Origin: Takakia lepidozioides
Taxonomy: Eukaryota; Plantae; Bryophyta
Assembly (NCBI GenBank): GCA_030704615.1
Contig: CM060734.1
Location: forward strand, 24,614,001-24,678,000
Direction of reading: 5' to 3'
Length of the DNA: 64,000 nucleotides
How positions within the stretch are numbered: the first letter of the stretch is position 1; each line of letters begins with the position of its first letter. Under the pieces are notes generated by a model. The model was not told where the DNA came from and did no database searches. It was given only the letters and a program-made list of their open reading frames with translations. Of this stretch, positions 12,411-25,459 are shown piece by piece. The position numbers were made by a program, and so were the translations under genes.

Positions 12411-12549
12411 AAAGAAAATGATCAATCAGTCTAGAGTTCGTTCGCTGGGGAAAGCACTATACGACTAATACATAATGATGCCTGCTACTCTATTTCTCTT
12501 CATTCTCCCCACTGAAGACGTTCTACCATTACTTATCTCAATCTATAGC

Positions 12550-13503
12550 AACTAAGATCCTACCAGTTTCAATGATATTTCCTCCACTCTCTGTCAACTC
12601 TATCCCATTGTATGAGATCAAATACCATTGCTCATCTACTACTCTTCTCCAGTAATCTATTTGATACAAGATCATTATAGCTATCGATACCATCCTTTAT
12701 TCACCAACCATAAATTGATTATCTTTATGTCACTACATTGCAGTCTTTTAAAGATATCTAGTGACAAACTATTAGGTAGTCCAGTAATTAATTCTACAGG
12801 ATATGCTATCCATTCTTTTCCACACATCACTATCGATCACTTTTTACCACCAATTCCATTTCTTCAGTTGCTCAAGGGATTTTCCCTCACCAAAATTATG
12901 ATTCCATTCTCTCATAAGTTTAGGATAGCCTTCAAATGGTCTATACCACTTCTGCAACCAACTGTGCTTCCAATAACAACTCTTGTATAGAATGGATATC
13001 TCTCTATACCATCCTCTATTGACTAATTGCAATAAGAATACTTCTTTATCGCTACAACAAAGCTTCTGAAAGATTATTATCGATAAATGATCTGGTAATC
13101 CAGTGATCAACTCTGATACTTCTTTTATTCCCTCATCATTGCGCTTTGCCATGCAAATGATTTCACTTCACTATCATACTTCTCCCATTAATCCAATTGA
13201 AGACGCTCTATCTTCATTTCCTTAATCTGCTCCTTCTTGAACTCTGGATATCCATCTTTCGATATTTTTCTTGGTAGACCAGAAACTAATTCTCACACCG
13301 AATTCTTATCTTCTTCATTTGTGCACATTCTCATCATCTCACATAATTATGGTTCTTCAATTCCTTCACACAGAATCACATTCTCTTTCCATCACTCCAT
13401 TCTTTACACATACACAAAGTGAATTGCACTTCCTTTTTCTCCTTCTTCTCTTCTATTCATTCATAAATCACAACATTGCAAGAATGCAATACTAAATCTA
13501 CCA
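12550..13503 (-). pseudogene. Degraded ORF with three F-box-like motifs
   Basis: ELVSGLPRKIS (starts 13292), ELITGLPDHLSIIIFQKL...LQLVNRGWY (13113) and ELITGLPNSLSLDIFKRL...LWLVNKGWY (12794). A TATA-like motif lies at about 13606 on the minus strand. Confidence 0.55.
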
Positions 13504-13887
13504 TTGAAGAATAACTCTATAGTCTATCTCCTACTCACTCTACTCTCCCTACTCCGGTCACGGCTCTCTGGCTCGACTGACACTGTCTGCTTCACATAAA
13601 CGCAATATATAGTAGAGCGCTCCAACAACTGTAATAACCGCTCAAACTCCTTCATCCATCCTTTACAATTATTCATCCATTTCTTCTATCATCCAGTCCA
13701 GGATAGACTATCGGCTGATATCGAAGAACACTACCTATCGTAGCAATATCGAAGGTATCGCAAAATATATCGATGAAAAAGATATTAAGAAGTTCTTAAA
13801 ATTGTCACTGAGTCAGAAATTCCTATTATTCTACATAGCCCCACTCCTAATTGTGTAGCGCCCTCGCAAACACTAAATTTTCTGCAA

Positions 13888-15420
13888 CTAATTCCTTGGC
13901 CTCTTTTCCCATCTCCCTTTTGGTTCATGCGATAGACGATGGTCACGTTCATCACCTTCCTTCTGGAACTGCTTGAACGCCATGTAGGGGTGGTATCGCA
14001 AAGGCCCCCAATCATCATACACAACGGAATCCACACACTGAAGAAATCCGGTCAAACACATCAATTCTAACACCCTCATTTCCCTAGCCGGGTGATGCAA
14101 TAACTTGGCCACCATCCCAAATTCTTGTCCTCCCAACATTGGCCTGTTAACATCAACAACAACATGATAGTAGTGACACCATTTAGCCAATACCCCGCAA
14201 AAGATTGCTGCTATAAAACACAAAGGATCAAAATGATTCGCATGCAGCCCCTGGAACGCTTTGTACGTTGTCTCACAATTGTCTGCAGTGCTGAACTCTA
14301 CCGGGATCAATGGCCAATTATAAGGTAATGACGTTAGATGCTCATTCTCATGCCATTGACCACGACGTGAGCACATACATACACCAAATCGGTCTGTAAT
14401 ATTCCGTTGCCATGGTCCACTGATTGGTGTTAATCGAGTGCCCATCTTCAAAATCGATTCTCCCGTTGCAGTATGGCCATAGTCCTGCCCCATCCATAAC
14501 AACACTTCCCAACATGGCAGCACCTTATCGTCAGAATCCGCATAGACCTTCTCTGGCCGGCCCAAAAACTCTGAGTACTCCCAGTTAGTAGGAAAGTGAC
14601 ATCGTTCGAATATCGTGAACCCCACCTGAGAGACTTGAGTAGCACTAGGTTGATTGATGTACAAATCCTCCATCCATTTGACGGTCAATAACTCTGGCCA
14701 GGTTTTTGCCTCCATCCCCTTGCTTACCCTTTGTTGAATTGCAGTCTGCGTCCAGACATAAGCAGATCCATGTAAACACCTACGATGAGCTCTCTGTATG
14801 GAACTGGGTCTCGTCCAACACTTGAGCCACCAGATGTTGCACCATATCCAGGTACCTTGGCAATAATTTGCCATCTAGCCTCAGAATAGTAGAGAGAAAA
14901 TCACAAGCATGTACTCTATTCCACTGCCTATCCCAGAGGTGAGATTGTCGAAACGCTTCCAGTCTATCCTCCAATTGTTTATAATACAAAAAACAGCGAC
15001 TGACAGGATCTCCAACAGTAAACAAAAACTGCTCCGGGTGGGCGACTGCCACGTCTCCCCTAACCACCATCTCCACGGCCAAATTCTCCATGCGATAGTT
15101 GCACAGGTCTTCCCACTCTTCTTCCAAATCAATCGGCTCCTCTCCGCCATTGAAAAACAATTTCAAAAGAGTATTGTCATACAAGTATCATTGACTAAGG
15201 CTCTGAGCATAGCACACCTCATGCTATCCCTGCAAAACACTGAGTCCAACCATTTCTGCAGGTCTTATCGTCTCTTTGAACTGTTCCAACTCAGACATTT
15301 GTTGCTCCATCACATTCATCTCCCCTTCCTGCTCAATGCGATAAGAAATAAATTCATGCTGCAAGGCTACATATCGTTCCTCAGGATTGTTTCCCCATCT
15401 CCGCTACTTGCTTGGTAATC
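13888..15420 (-). pseudogene. Retrotransposon accessory ORF (type B), unknown function
   Basis: Overlapping frames 14780-15184 and 13888-14874 follow a coiled-coil segment. They are co-oriented with the integrase at 23892-24740. Confidence 0.5.
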
Positions 15421-15428
15421 TCCGCCAA

Positions 15429-16373
15429 TTACCTCTCCAATTCATTAACACGAGCCTCTTTTGACTTCATCTGCTCTGTCTGTGTGGCAATCACTGCATC
15501 CTTCTCAACAATAGCCTGCTGATGACGAGCCTCTTTCATCTTCCACTGATCCTGGAATTTGTGGAGTTCCTTTGCATCCGCTTCCATTCTCTTCTTCGCA
15601 TCATCCCACGCAAGCTGCAACTGTTGATTCCGCGATAAGGTGGCAGTATGCACAATCCTCAATTTAGCCAATTCTTTCTGCAAATCCTCGTGATCCAGGG
15701 CTTTTGCTGCTACCATTTACAATCCCTCAACCAAATCACAGAGCTTCGTTGCAAAAGACGATTGACTGCTTGCATTTTTGCCTCCCGACTCCACCAATGA
15801 AATAGTGGTATTAGCAGATACCAATGTTGAGGCCCTTTCATTTGCCCTGCTTGACTCTGGTTTGTCAATAGTCTCAGTAACATTCGTATTGACAAGAGGT
15901 GGCACCTTCAATCGATGCTGCAAAATCATAGATAAATAGGTCGCACAAAACAGAGTGTCAGTCTTACCACCCTTCTGCTTTGATACTATCTCTTCATGGA
16001 TCTTTCCACAAATAAATCCCGCCCAATCGATTTGCAGGCCCATGAATGTCGCTACCACCGAATTAAGTTGCGATGACGCGACATACGTAGCAGTCTTCTT
16101 CAGGGCTAAACGGCTTACTGCAAACTTCATCCACTCCATCATCTCAAGCTTTTCTGCTTTGGCAATTAACCAACCTCCCGTTCGATTAAAGCACTCTCCT
16201 TGAAATGGCTTGCAGGAACAAAAGCCTCATCCTTAAAACCATAAACTTAAATTCCTGCTAAGGGTAATAGCAAGACTTCTGTAACAGTGCGGGCATCAAC
16301 AACTATCGCCGTGCCCTTCACTATTCCACTCTTTGAGCTAGGATCATAGGAATTATAAAACTGCATAACTAGT
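15429..16373 (-). pseudogene. Accessory ORF type A (3' part); its 5' part is at 23330-23555, split by the chromovirus insertion
   Basis: The coding sequence continues across the GACTA TSD and contains YDP...VDARTVTEVLLLP, IDWAGFI and a C-terminal coiled coil. Confidence 0.6.
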
Positions 16374-16378
16374 GACTA

Positions 16379-17105
16379 TGTCGCGGCCCTTTGCCTTGAG
16401 GGCAGGGGGTCGGGACACATGAGGGGCTGCCCCTGTGGTGGGGGCAGCGGCAGCGATAGGTATGGGGGGGCTGAAGCACCTTTGAGTGCCCAAGGCACTC
16501 AAGGAGGCAGAGGCGCTCACTAGGTGGAGCCCCGCACACCGGGTTGTGGTGGGGGTGGCTCCACAAGGGGTGGTGGTAGCTTAGCGGGACTTAGTGGGGG
16601 TGGCATAGGACTCACCATGGGGGCGGAGACCTTGTGGTGGGAGTCGTGGGGAGTCTTGGGACTCATCACGGTCCATAGGGGCCGTGGTGAGTGGGCCAAG
16701 ACTCACCGCGACTCATCACCGAGAGTCGAGGGTTTTCGTGGTGGTTCGCCATAAAATGGCATGGCTGGTTGTGAAACCCCCGCGGACAGCTACCGAAGTA
16801 TATATAGGGAGTAGTAACCCCGAGAACGGTGCAAGCCCGTTGGTGACCAAAAACTAGTGAGTAAGCGAGCGAGCCGGAAAGTGACCAAAGAGTGGGGAGC
16901 TGTTCCGGACTGCCAACTACCAAAGGGAATTCCCGTTGGTTCCAAATGGTGGAGGGTTCTTTGGGAGAACAAAGGGGGACCGTTATGCCCCGGTGAGCAG
17001 CCGAAACTCCAAGTTGGCCCGGCGGCCAGGTTGGGAGTCAGGCGCGCGCATCAAAGCGAGTAATTATGACTTGAGGGGGAGCTTACCGAAGTGAGGTGCG
17101 CGACA
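16379..17105 (+). repeat. 5' LTR
   Basis: About 727 bp, TGTCGCGG...GCGCGACA, with roughly a dozen differences from the 3' LTR by eye. Confidence 0.96.
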
Positions 17106-17160
17106 CTTGGTATCAGAGTTAAGAGTTCAGTACGCGATCGTCCTTGGGATTGGCCTCTTC

Positions 17161-18300
17161 ATGGGGTCGGGCAAGCCGAAGCGAAAGCGGAACGGCCCAA
17201 AAGATAATGATCCTGGTGAGGCCGATGGGGGCGACGTGTTACCGAGGCGGCCGTTTGAGGAAGCGATGCATGTTTCCGAAAACGAGGCCGCTCAAGAGCG
17301 GGAGGAATCCGAGGAGTCGGAGCCCGAGGAATCCTTGAGAGCTCCGACAAACCAAGAGATGCCTCCCATGCCGGCAGCCTTTTGGGAAGGGTTGTTGGCG
17401 CAGTTTGGCGGGACGTTGAAAGACGTGTTGAAGGCGGCTAATGCCACTTCCACTAAGGCAAAGTTTAAGGTGAAGCCTAAGGTACCCGACACCTTCGAGG
17501 GCGTCCGAAATTGGAAGGCACTCAACACCTGGCTCCTGGAGCTAGAGCAGTACTTCCGGGCGGCCAAGTTGAGTGACGAGGATCGGGTGGAAGTGGCTCC
17601 CACCTATTTGAGGGGCTATGCTCAACAATGGTGGCAGAAACGCCTTCACGACCGAGGTCCAAGCCCAGAAACCTTGAACTGGAGTGGGTTCAAGGAATTG
17701 ATGAAGAGACAGTTTGTGCCCCTCAACGCGTCCTGGCTTGCCCGGGACAAGATGAGGAATTTAAAGCAAACAGATGACATTCGGGGGTATGTCCAGACTT
17801 TCAATGTGCTGTTGCTCGAAGTCGCGGACATGACAGAACCATAAATGGTCTTCAACTTTGTGGCGGGACTGGCCCCATGGGCCAGGCGGAAGTTGGAGGA
17901 GAAGCCACCCAAGACTTTGAACGAGGCAATTGAGAGGGCTGAATGTTTCTCGGATGTCCCTAGGGGTGAGAGACAAGGCCGTACGGAGCTGAACCACAAG
18001 AAGACCCGGCGGGAAGGTGACTCCTTCCGACCGGAAAAGAAGTGGGATAGGCCACGCGGCGAAATGGCACGTGGAAATCGAAGGGAGGGCCTTCACACGT
18101 CAAGGCGGCACCCGGTGCTTTGAAAGGAAAAGTGGGTGGAGCGGCTTATGGCGGACAGAAGGCGACCTTTGATGGAGTGTGTTTCAATTGCGGGGAGCCC
18201 GGGCACATGGCCAAGAAGTGCACGAAACCTCGACAATTGAACATGACTCGGGCAACCACGGAGCTGTCGGAAGATACCATCAGTCGCTTGGTGGAAGCGG
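17161..18300 (+). pseudogene. gag: Chromovirus gag (premature stop, frameshift)
   Basis: KPKVPDTFEG...AQQWW...LKQT, stop at 17842-17844, knuckle CFNCGEPGHMAKKC. Confidence 0.9.
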
Positions 18301-18376
18301 TGGTCGCCAGGACTTGCAAGGTAGGCAACTATTCTTGTGAGTTGTATCAGGAAACTGGCGCCCTACGTAAAGGGAG

Positions 18377-21300
18377 TCAGTTATTGTTCGTGGATGGGAT
18401 AATATCCGGAACTAACGTGTCGTTGTTGGTGGACACAGGAGCGTCGCACTCCTTCATGACGCGGCGGCGGCGCGAAAGTTGGGACTCCCGACAAGTGACG
18501 TGGGGGCCTCTATTGAGGTGCGTTCTGCCAAAGGAGAACCATAGTTGGCGACAAGGTTGGCGTTTGATGTTCCTCTTCAACTGGGGAGTTGGGAGGGACG
18601 TGAGAACTTCACCATCTGCGTGATCGATGGAGTGGATCTCATTTTGGGGATGACCTTTTTGAGCAAATCCGGAGCGGTCATAGATGGCCGCAAGAGGGGA
18701 ATGGTGGCGAGGTCTTACGAGTGTCGGAAACACCCAAATCCGTGGGAGGGCGAATAAACCTTCTGTCAGCAAGGGAGTGGGCCGTGGAGGAGGCACACGA
18801 GCCCCAGTTTTTGCTTTACATTAGAGAAGTTAAGGGAGAAGGCGATGGGGAGCCGAGCCCAGATTGGATCAAAGGGATTTTGGAGAAATACCAGGAGGTG
18901 ATGCCGGAGGATTTACCAAGCGGCTTGCCACCGCGAAGAGGAGTTGACCACAAGATTGAGGTGATACCGGGATCGGAACCGCCTGCCAAGGCACCCTACC
19001 GGTTGAGCCACAGGGAGTTGGTCGAGCTGAAGACTCAGCTCAAGGATCTAATGTCAAAGGGGTACATCCGACCGAGTAAGTCACCTTACGGAGCCCCGGT
19101 GCTATTCGCAGACAAGAAGGATGGGACGCTGCGGATGTGTGTCGATTACAAGGCTTTGAATAAGGTGACTATTAAAAACCGGTACCTTTTGCCAAGGATC
19201 GACGACCTTTTCGACCGGTTGGCAGGAGCGAAGTATTTCAGCCGGATCGACTTGCGCTCCGGCTATCATCAAATTCGGGTGGCGGAAGGAGATGAGGAGA
19301 AGACCGCGTGCAGGACAATGTATGGTTCATATGAGTTCTTGGTGATGCATTTTGGGCTCACCAATGCACCTGCGACCTTTAGCACGCTGATGAACAGCCT
19401 TTTTCAGGAGTGGTTGGATGACTTTGTGATCGTGTACATCGACGACATCTTGGTGTATTCGAAAACAAAGGAGGAGCACCTGGAGCACCTCAAAAGGGTG
19501 TTCCAAAAGTTGCGGGAAGGGAAGCTGTACGCCAAAGCTTCAAAGTGCGAATTCGGGGTCACGAAAGTGGAGTTCTTGGGGCATGTGATTACACAGGATG
19601 GGATCAAAATGGATGACAGAAAGGTGAGGGCGATCTTGGACTGGGAGCCTCCGACTTCGGTCCCGGGAGTGCAATCCTTCCTAGGACTCACCTCCTATTA
19701 CCGGAAGTATGTGAGAAATTTCGCCAAGATCGCGGGGCCGCTGTCGGACCTTCTGTGTAAATCCAAAGTCTGGGTATGGAACACCTTGTGTGACCAAGCT
19801 TTTGCTAAATTGAAGCAGCGGATGGCGGAAGCTCCAGTCTTGAAAATCCCGGAGTTCGATCGTCCGTTCGAGATACATACAGATGCGTCGGACTTCGCGA
19901 TTGGGGGTGTACTGATGCAAGATGGACGTCCAGTGGCTTACGAAAGTAAGAAACTGAATGAAGTGGAGCGACGGTGGCCGACGCACGAGAAAGAGATGAA
20001 GGCGGTGGTGCACTGTCTTGAGCTTTGGCGCCACTATGTTGGTTCCAACCCAGTGAAGGTGTTCACGGACAATGTCACGGTGAAGTATTTTGCCACGCAG
20101 CCCAAGTTGTCCCCAAAACAACTTAGGTGGCAAGATACTTTGGCAGTGTTCGACGTGGATATCCAGTACAAACCGGGACGAGACAACGTGGTAGCCGATG
20201 CTTTAAGTAGAAAGCAACAACTCTTGTTGGTGTACAAGGGCGAGACGGCGCTCCAAAGGAAGATCCGGAAGGATGAGCTGGCGAAGTCCGTGATGCAGGA
20301 CTTGAGGATGGGGATTAAATCGCAGTTCCACTTGCAAAATGGATTGCTCCGGTATAAGCAAAAGCGTCTCTACGTGCCGAAGGGAGGGATCAGAGATATC
20401 CTCTTGAGAGAATGCCATGATAGCCCGCTTGCGGGCCACGGCGGAGCTAAGCGCACTGCGGCACTCTTGAAGAAAGAGTATTTCTGGCCCAAACTGAGGG
20501 AGGAGGCAGAGGAGTATGTCAAGACATGCACCACATGCCAGCAAAACCGAAGCGAGTACAAAAAGCAAGCGGGGCTGTTACAACCCTTGCCGATTCCAGA
20601 GGGGACTTGGGAAAGCGTCTCGATGGATTTCATGACTGCTATGCCGCTGTCAAAAGGATTCGATGCAATCATGGTGGTGGTGGATAGGTTCAGTAAAATG
20701 GGTCATTTCATCCCCACCAAGGAGACGGCAACGGCGTAGGAAACATGGCGACTTTACTTCGCCCACGTCTTAAAGCATCATGGAGTCCCAAAGGATATTG
20801 TCTCGGACCGCGATCCAAAGTTTACGAGTAAATTTTGGAGGGCACTTTGGAAGAAGATGGGGACGAGGCTGAAGATGAGCACCGCCTTCCGACCTACGAC
20901 CGACGGCCAAACAGAAAAAGTGAATTCCGTAGTGAAGCAGATCTTGCGGAATTACGTGTCGGCAGACCAAACAGACTGGGTGGAACACTTAGATGCGGCA
21001 GAGTTCTGTTATAATAACACAGAACACTCCGCAACGGGAGTTTCCCCTTTTGTATTGGTCTATAGAAAAGCACCTCTGGTGCCGACAAGTTGGGCCGCCC
21101 AGGACGTTGAGGAACCGGCAGTAGCGGCGGTACTAGAAGAACGCGAGCGTTTGTTGAAGCTCGCAAAGTACAACATTGCCAAAGCTAGGAAACGGTATGA
21201 AAGGCAGGCGAATCGGAAGCGGAGGGAAGTGAAGTTTGAGGCAGGCACGGAGGTCTGGTTGAACATCAAGAATTTCCGACTACCTCCGGAAGTGAGTCCA

Positions 21301-21690
21301 AAGTTCGTACCTCCGTATGCGGGACCCTTTCGCATCCGGAAGGTTATGAATGAGGATGTGTATGAATTGGAGCTGCCGGCAAACAACAAGGTGCATCTAG
21401 TATTTCACGTCTCCCTTTTGAAGCCTTACTTCAAAGATGAAGCGCGTCCGAATCGGCATCAAGTGTTGCGTCCGCCACCTGTGCTGTTGGATCATGAAAA
21501 TGAACCTGAGTACGAGGTGGAGGCAGTACTTAAGTCGAGGAGGTTCAAGAACCGAGAAACGGAGTATCTCGTCAAATAGAAGGGCTATCATCATGTGGAG
21601 GCATCTTGGGTGCGTGCCTCAGAAATGGGAAACGCATCCGAGGCGGTTGCAGTTTTCGAAGGGCGACCTCAAAAGCGGAAGAAGCGTTGA
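18377..21690 (+). pseudogene. pol: Chromovirus pol (PR-RT-RNaseH-IN-chromodomain) with stops and frameshifts
   Basis: [31 protein letters not shown] integrase and GPF motifs, and chromodomain EYEVEAVL...YLVK*KGY...SW. Confidence 0.95.
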
Positions 21691-22597
21691 TGGGGACATC
21701 AACCTTGGAGCGTGGGGGAGGAAATGCATGCTTAGCCTAGCTTAGCTAGCTCAGGAATCCGATTGCAAAAACTTGTATTGTACAAAAATTTGTTATAAAA
21801 GAAATGGGTTCCAAATGTTGTGTGTCCTATTTTGTTTGGAATGGTGATGCATGGTGTGGTTGGCTAGTGTGTAGAATGCATGCTAGCTTACAAAAGTGGG
21901 AGAGGTAAATTGGGTTAATCGTGTGTTTGCGCAGTGCCGAAATCGGGCGACTCCCATCCAAGGGGCAAGGAAACATGCGCCTTCTTTGGGAGTTCACGTG
22001 CTAGTGTGCACCTGGCGCGTGCGCGTACTATAACTGCGCTACCGAGGTGGTTGCCTTGTAGTGCGGGCTAACGTGGAAGCTATGTGCTTTCGTTCACGTA
22101 CTATAATCGTGTAGCCTCGGGACGAAGTCGTAGTGCGGCTTCGACGTGTTCCCGTACCTCAGGCCAGCATTCCAAGACGGACCCAATTGTAGTGATTGGG
22201 GCGCACGGTTGGTTCAAGGTTATCTTCCTAGTCAAAGGGGGGTTCGAGGTGAACCCTTGCACAAAGTGATGCCAAAAGCGGCATCAAGAGCGATCGCAAG
22301 CAATGTTGTTGCAGTAAGGCGATTCGATCCTCGGGGAGGATCGTTCCTTGACCTTGAAGAAGGCCAAGAAGAGTGCACTGGGAGGAGCTTGAGAGGCTCC
22401 ACCCCTGGCCGGGACTTGGAGGAAGTCGGCCGAACTAGCTAGTGGAGAGTAGAGTCAAGCGTGGGGTTTGGTTCTTTGCCATGGGACGCCATGGTACGGA
22501 AACAAACTCCTTGATGTGGGACGCCACAACTTGGATGTTCGTTTCTACAAAATGGACAAGTCGATGAGGACATCGACTCCCTGTTGGTAGGGGTGTG

Positions 22598-23324
22598 TGT
22601 CGCGGCCTTTGCCTTGAGGGCAGGGGGTCGGGACACATGAGGGGCTGCCCCTGTGGTGGGGGCAGCGGCAGCGATAGGTATGGGGGGGCTGAAGCACCTT
22701 TGAGTGCCCAAGGCACTCAAGGAGGCAGAGGCGCTCACTAGGTGGAGCCCCGCACACCGGGTTGTGGTGGGGGTGGCTCCACAAGGGGTGGTGGTAGCTT
22801 AGTGGGACTTAGTGGGGGTGGCATAGGACTCACCATGGGGGCGGAGACCTCGTGGTGGGAGTCGTGGGGAGTCTTGGGACTCATCACGGTCCATAGGGGC
22901 CGTGGTGAGTGGGCCAAGACTCACCGCGACTCATCACCGGGAGTCGAGGGTTTTCGTGGTGGTTCGCCATAAAATGGCATGGCTGGTTGTGAAACCCCCG
23001 CGGACAGCTACAGAAGTATATATAGGGAGTAGTAACCCCGAGAACGGTGCATGCCCGTTGGTGACCAAAAACTAGTGAGTAAGCGAGCGAGCCGGAAAAC
23101 GACCAAAGAGTGGGGAGCTGTTCCGGACTGCCAACTACCAAAGGGAATTCCCGCTGGTTCCAAATCAGTGGAGGGTTCTTTGGGAGAACAAAGGGGGACC
23201 GTTATACCCCGGTGAGCAGCCGAAACTCCAAGTTGGCCCGGCGGCCAGGTTGGGAGTCAGGCGCGCGCATCAAAGCGAGTAATTATGACTTGAGGGGGAG
23301 CTTACCGAAGTGAGGTGCGCGACA
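22598..23324 (+). repeat. 3' LTR
   Basis: Direct repeat of 16379-17105. Confidence 0.96.
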
Positions 23325-23891
23325 GACTAGGCTTCGGCAGACCTTTCAAACAAAGAATCAAAAACTCCAACATCTGTGCCTGTCTCCACAACGCTTTTTG
23401 CCACGGTCACCCAAAATCATAGCAATGTCACAACTCCGTAATTCTTCTGCCATCATGGAAACTGGCGGTGGCAATGGTTGCTGCACAACTTTCTTCACCA
23501 TCTTGACGGATTGACTGGAAATACTATTTTGCTCCACAACACTCACTGCACTCAATACTCTCTCTCGAACACTACACTCACTTCTCGCTGTGACAGACTA
23601 TGCGAAATGCAAGAACAATGGCAGATAGTAAAGATGGCAAGAATGATGGCAAGAAGGATGGCAAGAAGGGTGGCAAGAAGGGCCCCACTCCTATCTATCG
23701 CATAGGATGGCCTGACCTAACAGCTGTCAAATACGGATACAATCATTAAAACCTAACCGCCACCCCAATCTATCGATCGTAACAGATTGTAACAGCCGAC
23801 GACGCTTAATACACTCATAATGACACTGCTGACAGGTACATATTGACACCCCCTCCCACTTAACCTAAATTCTGCCCCCAGAAGCATTAGG

Positions 23892-24740
23892 TTAAGTACA
23901 ACTTATTCGATCGCCGTTTATGTGGGTCAGCAATGGGTTGCCATTGATGGTAGCCAATTGTATAGAGCCATTTGGAAAAGCTTCCACCACCCGGTATGGG
24001 CCGAGCCATCTCATCTTCAATTTACCAGGAAATTTTTGAAAACGGCTATCAAGTACCAAATCTTGAGCTTTAAGGATCTTGGGCTTAAGGCGACTACCAT
24101 AATAATCCTTTCGCCGCAATTGTGTAACTTCAATATTCTGTAACGCCTGTCGACGAAGTTCATCTATTTTAACTAATTGCAACAGACGAGCCGATAAGGA
24201 TGGAACATCGCCCAACCGTGCCTCGATAGCTATGCGGAGGGAAGGAATTTCAAGCTCAATAGGCAATATTTCCTCTTGTCCATAAACCAACTGGAAGGGA
24301 GTAAATCCGGTGGTAACTTTAAATGCAGTCCGATAGGCCCATAAGGCAGAAAATAATTTAGTGTCCCAATCACTACCAGTACCAGAAATTGTCTTTGTTA
24401 AAATACCACAGAGCAACCCATTGGTCTTCTCAGTCTGACCATTAGCCCCTGGGTGATAGGGGGTAGTCTTCCGATGTTTAATGACATATTTGGTAGTCAT
24501 CTGCTCAATAATAGAATTCAAAAAATGCGTACCATGATCGCTCACAAGCTCTCGAGGACAACCAAATCGAGTGATGATATTCTCATAAAGAAACTATGCC
24601 ACAACCTTGGCCATATCGGTGCGGGAGGCCATGGCTTCAGCCCACTTAGTGACATATTCGGTTGCAACAAGAATATATCGTTTCTGACCATTGCGAGAAG
24701 CAAGGGCTATAGGTCCAACAAAATCGATGCCCCACTTCTT
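23892..24740 (-). pseudogene. Gypsy integrase fragment
   Basis: KWGIDFVGP, SDHGTHF, TTPYHPGANGQTE, TPFQLVYG and WLGPY motifs. Confidence 0.92.
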
Positions 24741-24744
24741 AGGG

Positions 24745-25392
24745 CTGCTAGGCTTGCACTACTAGGCTTGCACACGCATTGCAGACACAAATAAAGGTGA
24801 TGTGATTGGGCTTCACCCCTTCCCACCATTTTCTCATAGGTCTCCAAAGCCTCCATCCCGCACCCATGCTGTGCATATCCTGCAATCATTGCACTCCAAG
24901 ACACCACATTTTGTTCAGCCATTAGGTCGAACACTCCCTTTGCATCCTCAATGCACCCACATTTAGCATACATGTCCACTAGGGTACTATTCAGAATGAC
25001 ATCTGGTAAAATTCTAGCTTTGACAATGTCTCCATGGACTTCCTTGCCCTTATCCAGCGCTGCCAGACTCGTACACACCTTGCAAACCTAACCTGGGGTG
25101 ATCTGGTCGGGCTTCACCTCTTCCCTCATCATTTGCTCATAGGTCTCCAAAGCCTCCATCCCGCGTCCCTACTGTGCATAAGTTGTGATCATCGCAGTCC
25201 AAGACACCACATCTCGTTTGGCCATATTTTCCAACACTCCCTTTGCATCCTCGATGCTCCCACATTTTGCATACATGTTCATCAGAACAGTGTCCAGAAC
25301 AACATCTGGTACGATTCCAGCTTCGACAATGTCAGCATGGACCTCTTTGCTCTTTTGCAGGGCTGCCAGAATCACACACGCATTGCAACCAC
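24745..25392 (-). pseudogene. PLS-class pentatricopeptide repeat (PPR) gene fragment
   Basis: Two L-S-P triplets (GKEVHGDIV..., LVDMYAKCGCIEDAKGVFDLM, NVVSWSAMIAGYAQHG) with in-frame stops and a frameshift. Confidence 0.9.
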
Positions 25393-25459
25393 AGTACTTG
25401 AAGGAAGGGAAGAAGAAGGAGATGGAGGTCATGTTCGCCGAGCAGGAGTGACTTGAAAA

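Larger units (their letters stand above)
16379..23324 (+). mobile_element. Full-length Ty3/Gypsy chromovirus
   Basis: TG..CA LTRs, 5-bp TSD GACTA (16374-16378 and 23325-23329), iMet PBS TGGTATCAGAG at 17108, PPT before 22598, and domain order gag-PR-RT-RH-IN-chromodomain. Confidence 0.97.

Noticed and set aside
23843-23862. PPT plus LTR start after the integrase (minus strand)
   Set aside because: No partner LTR or matching end was found and an ORF follows about 300 bp later; left unresolved.
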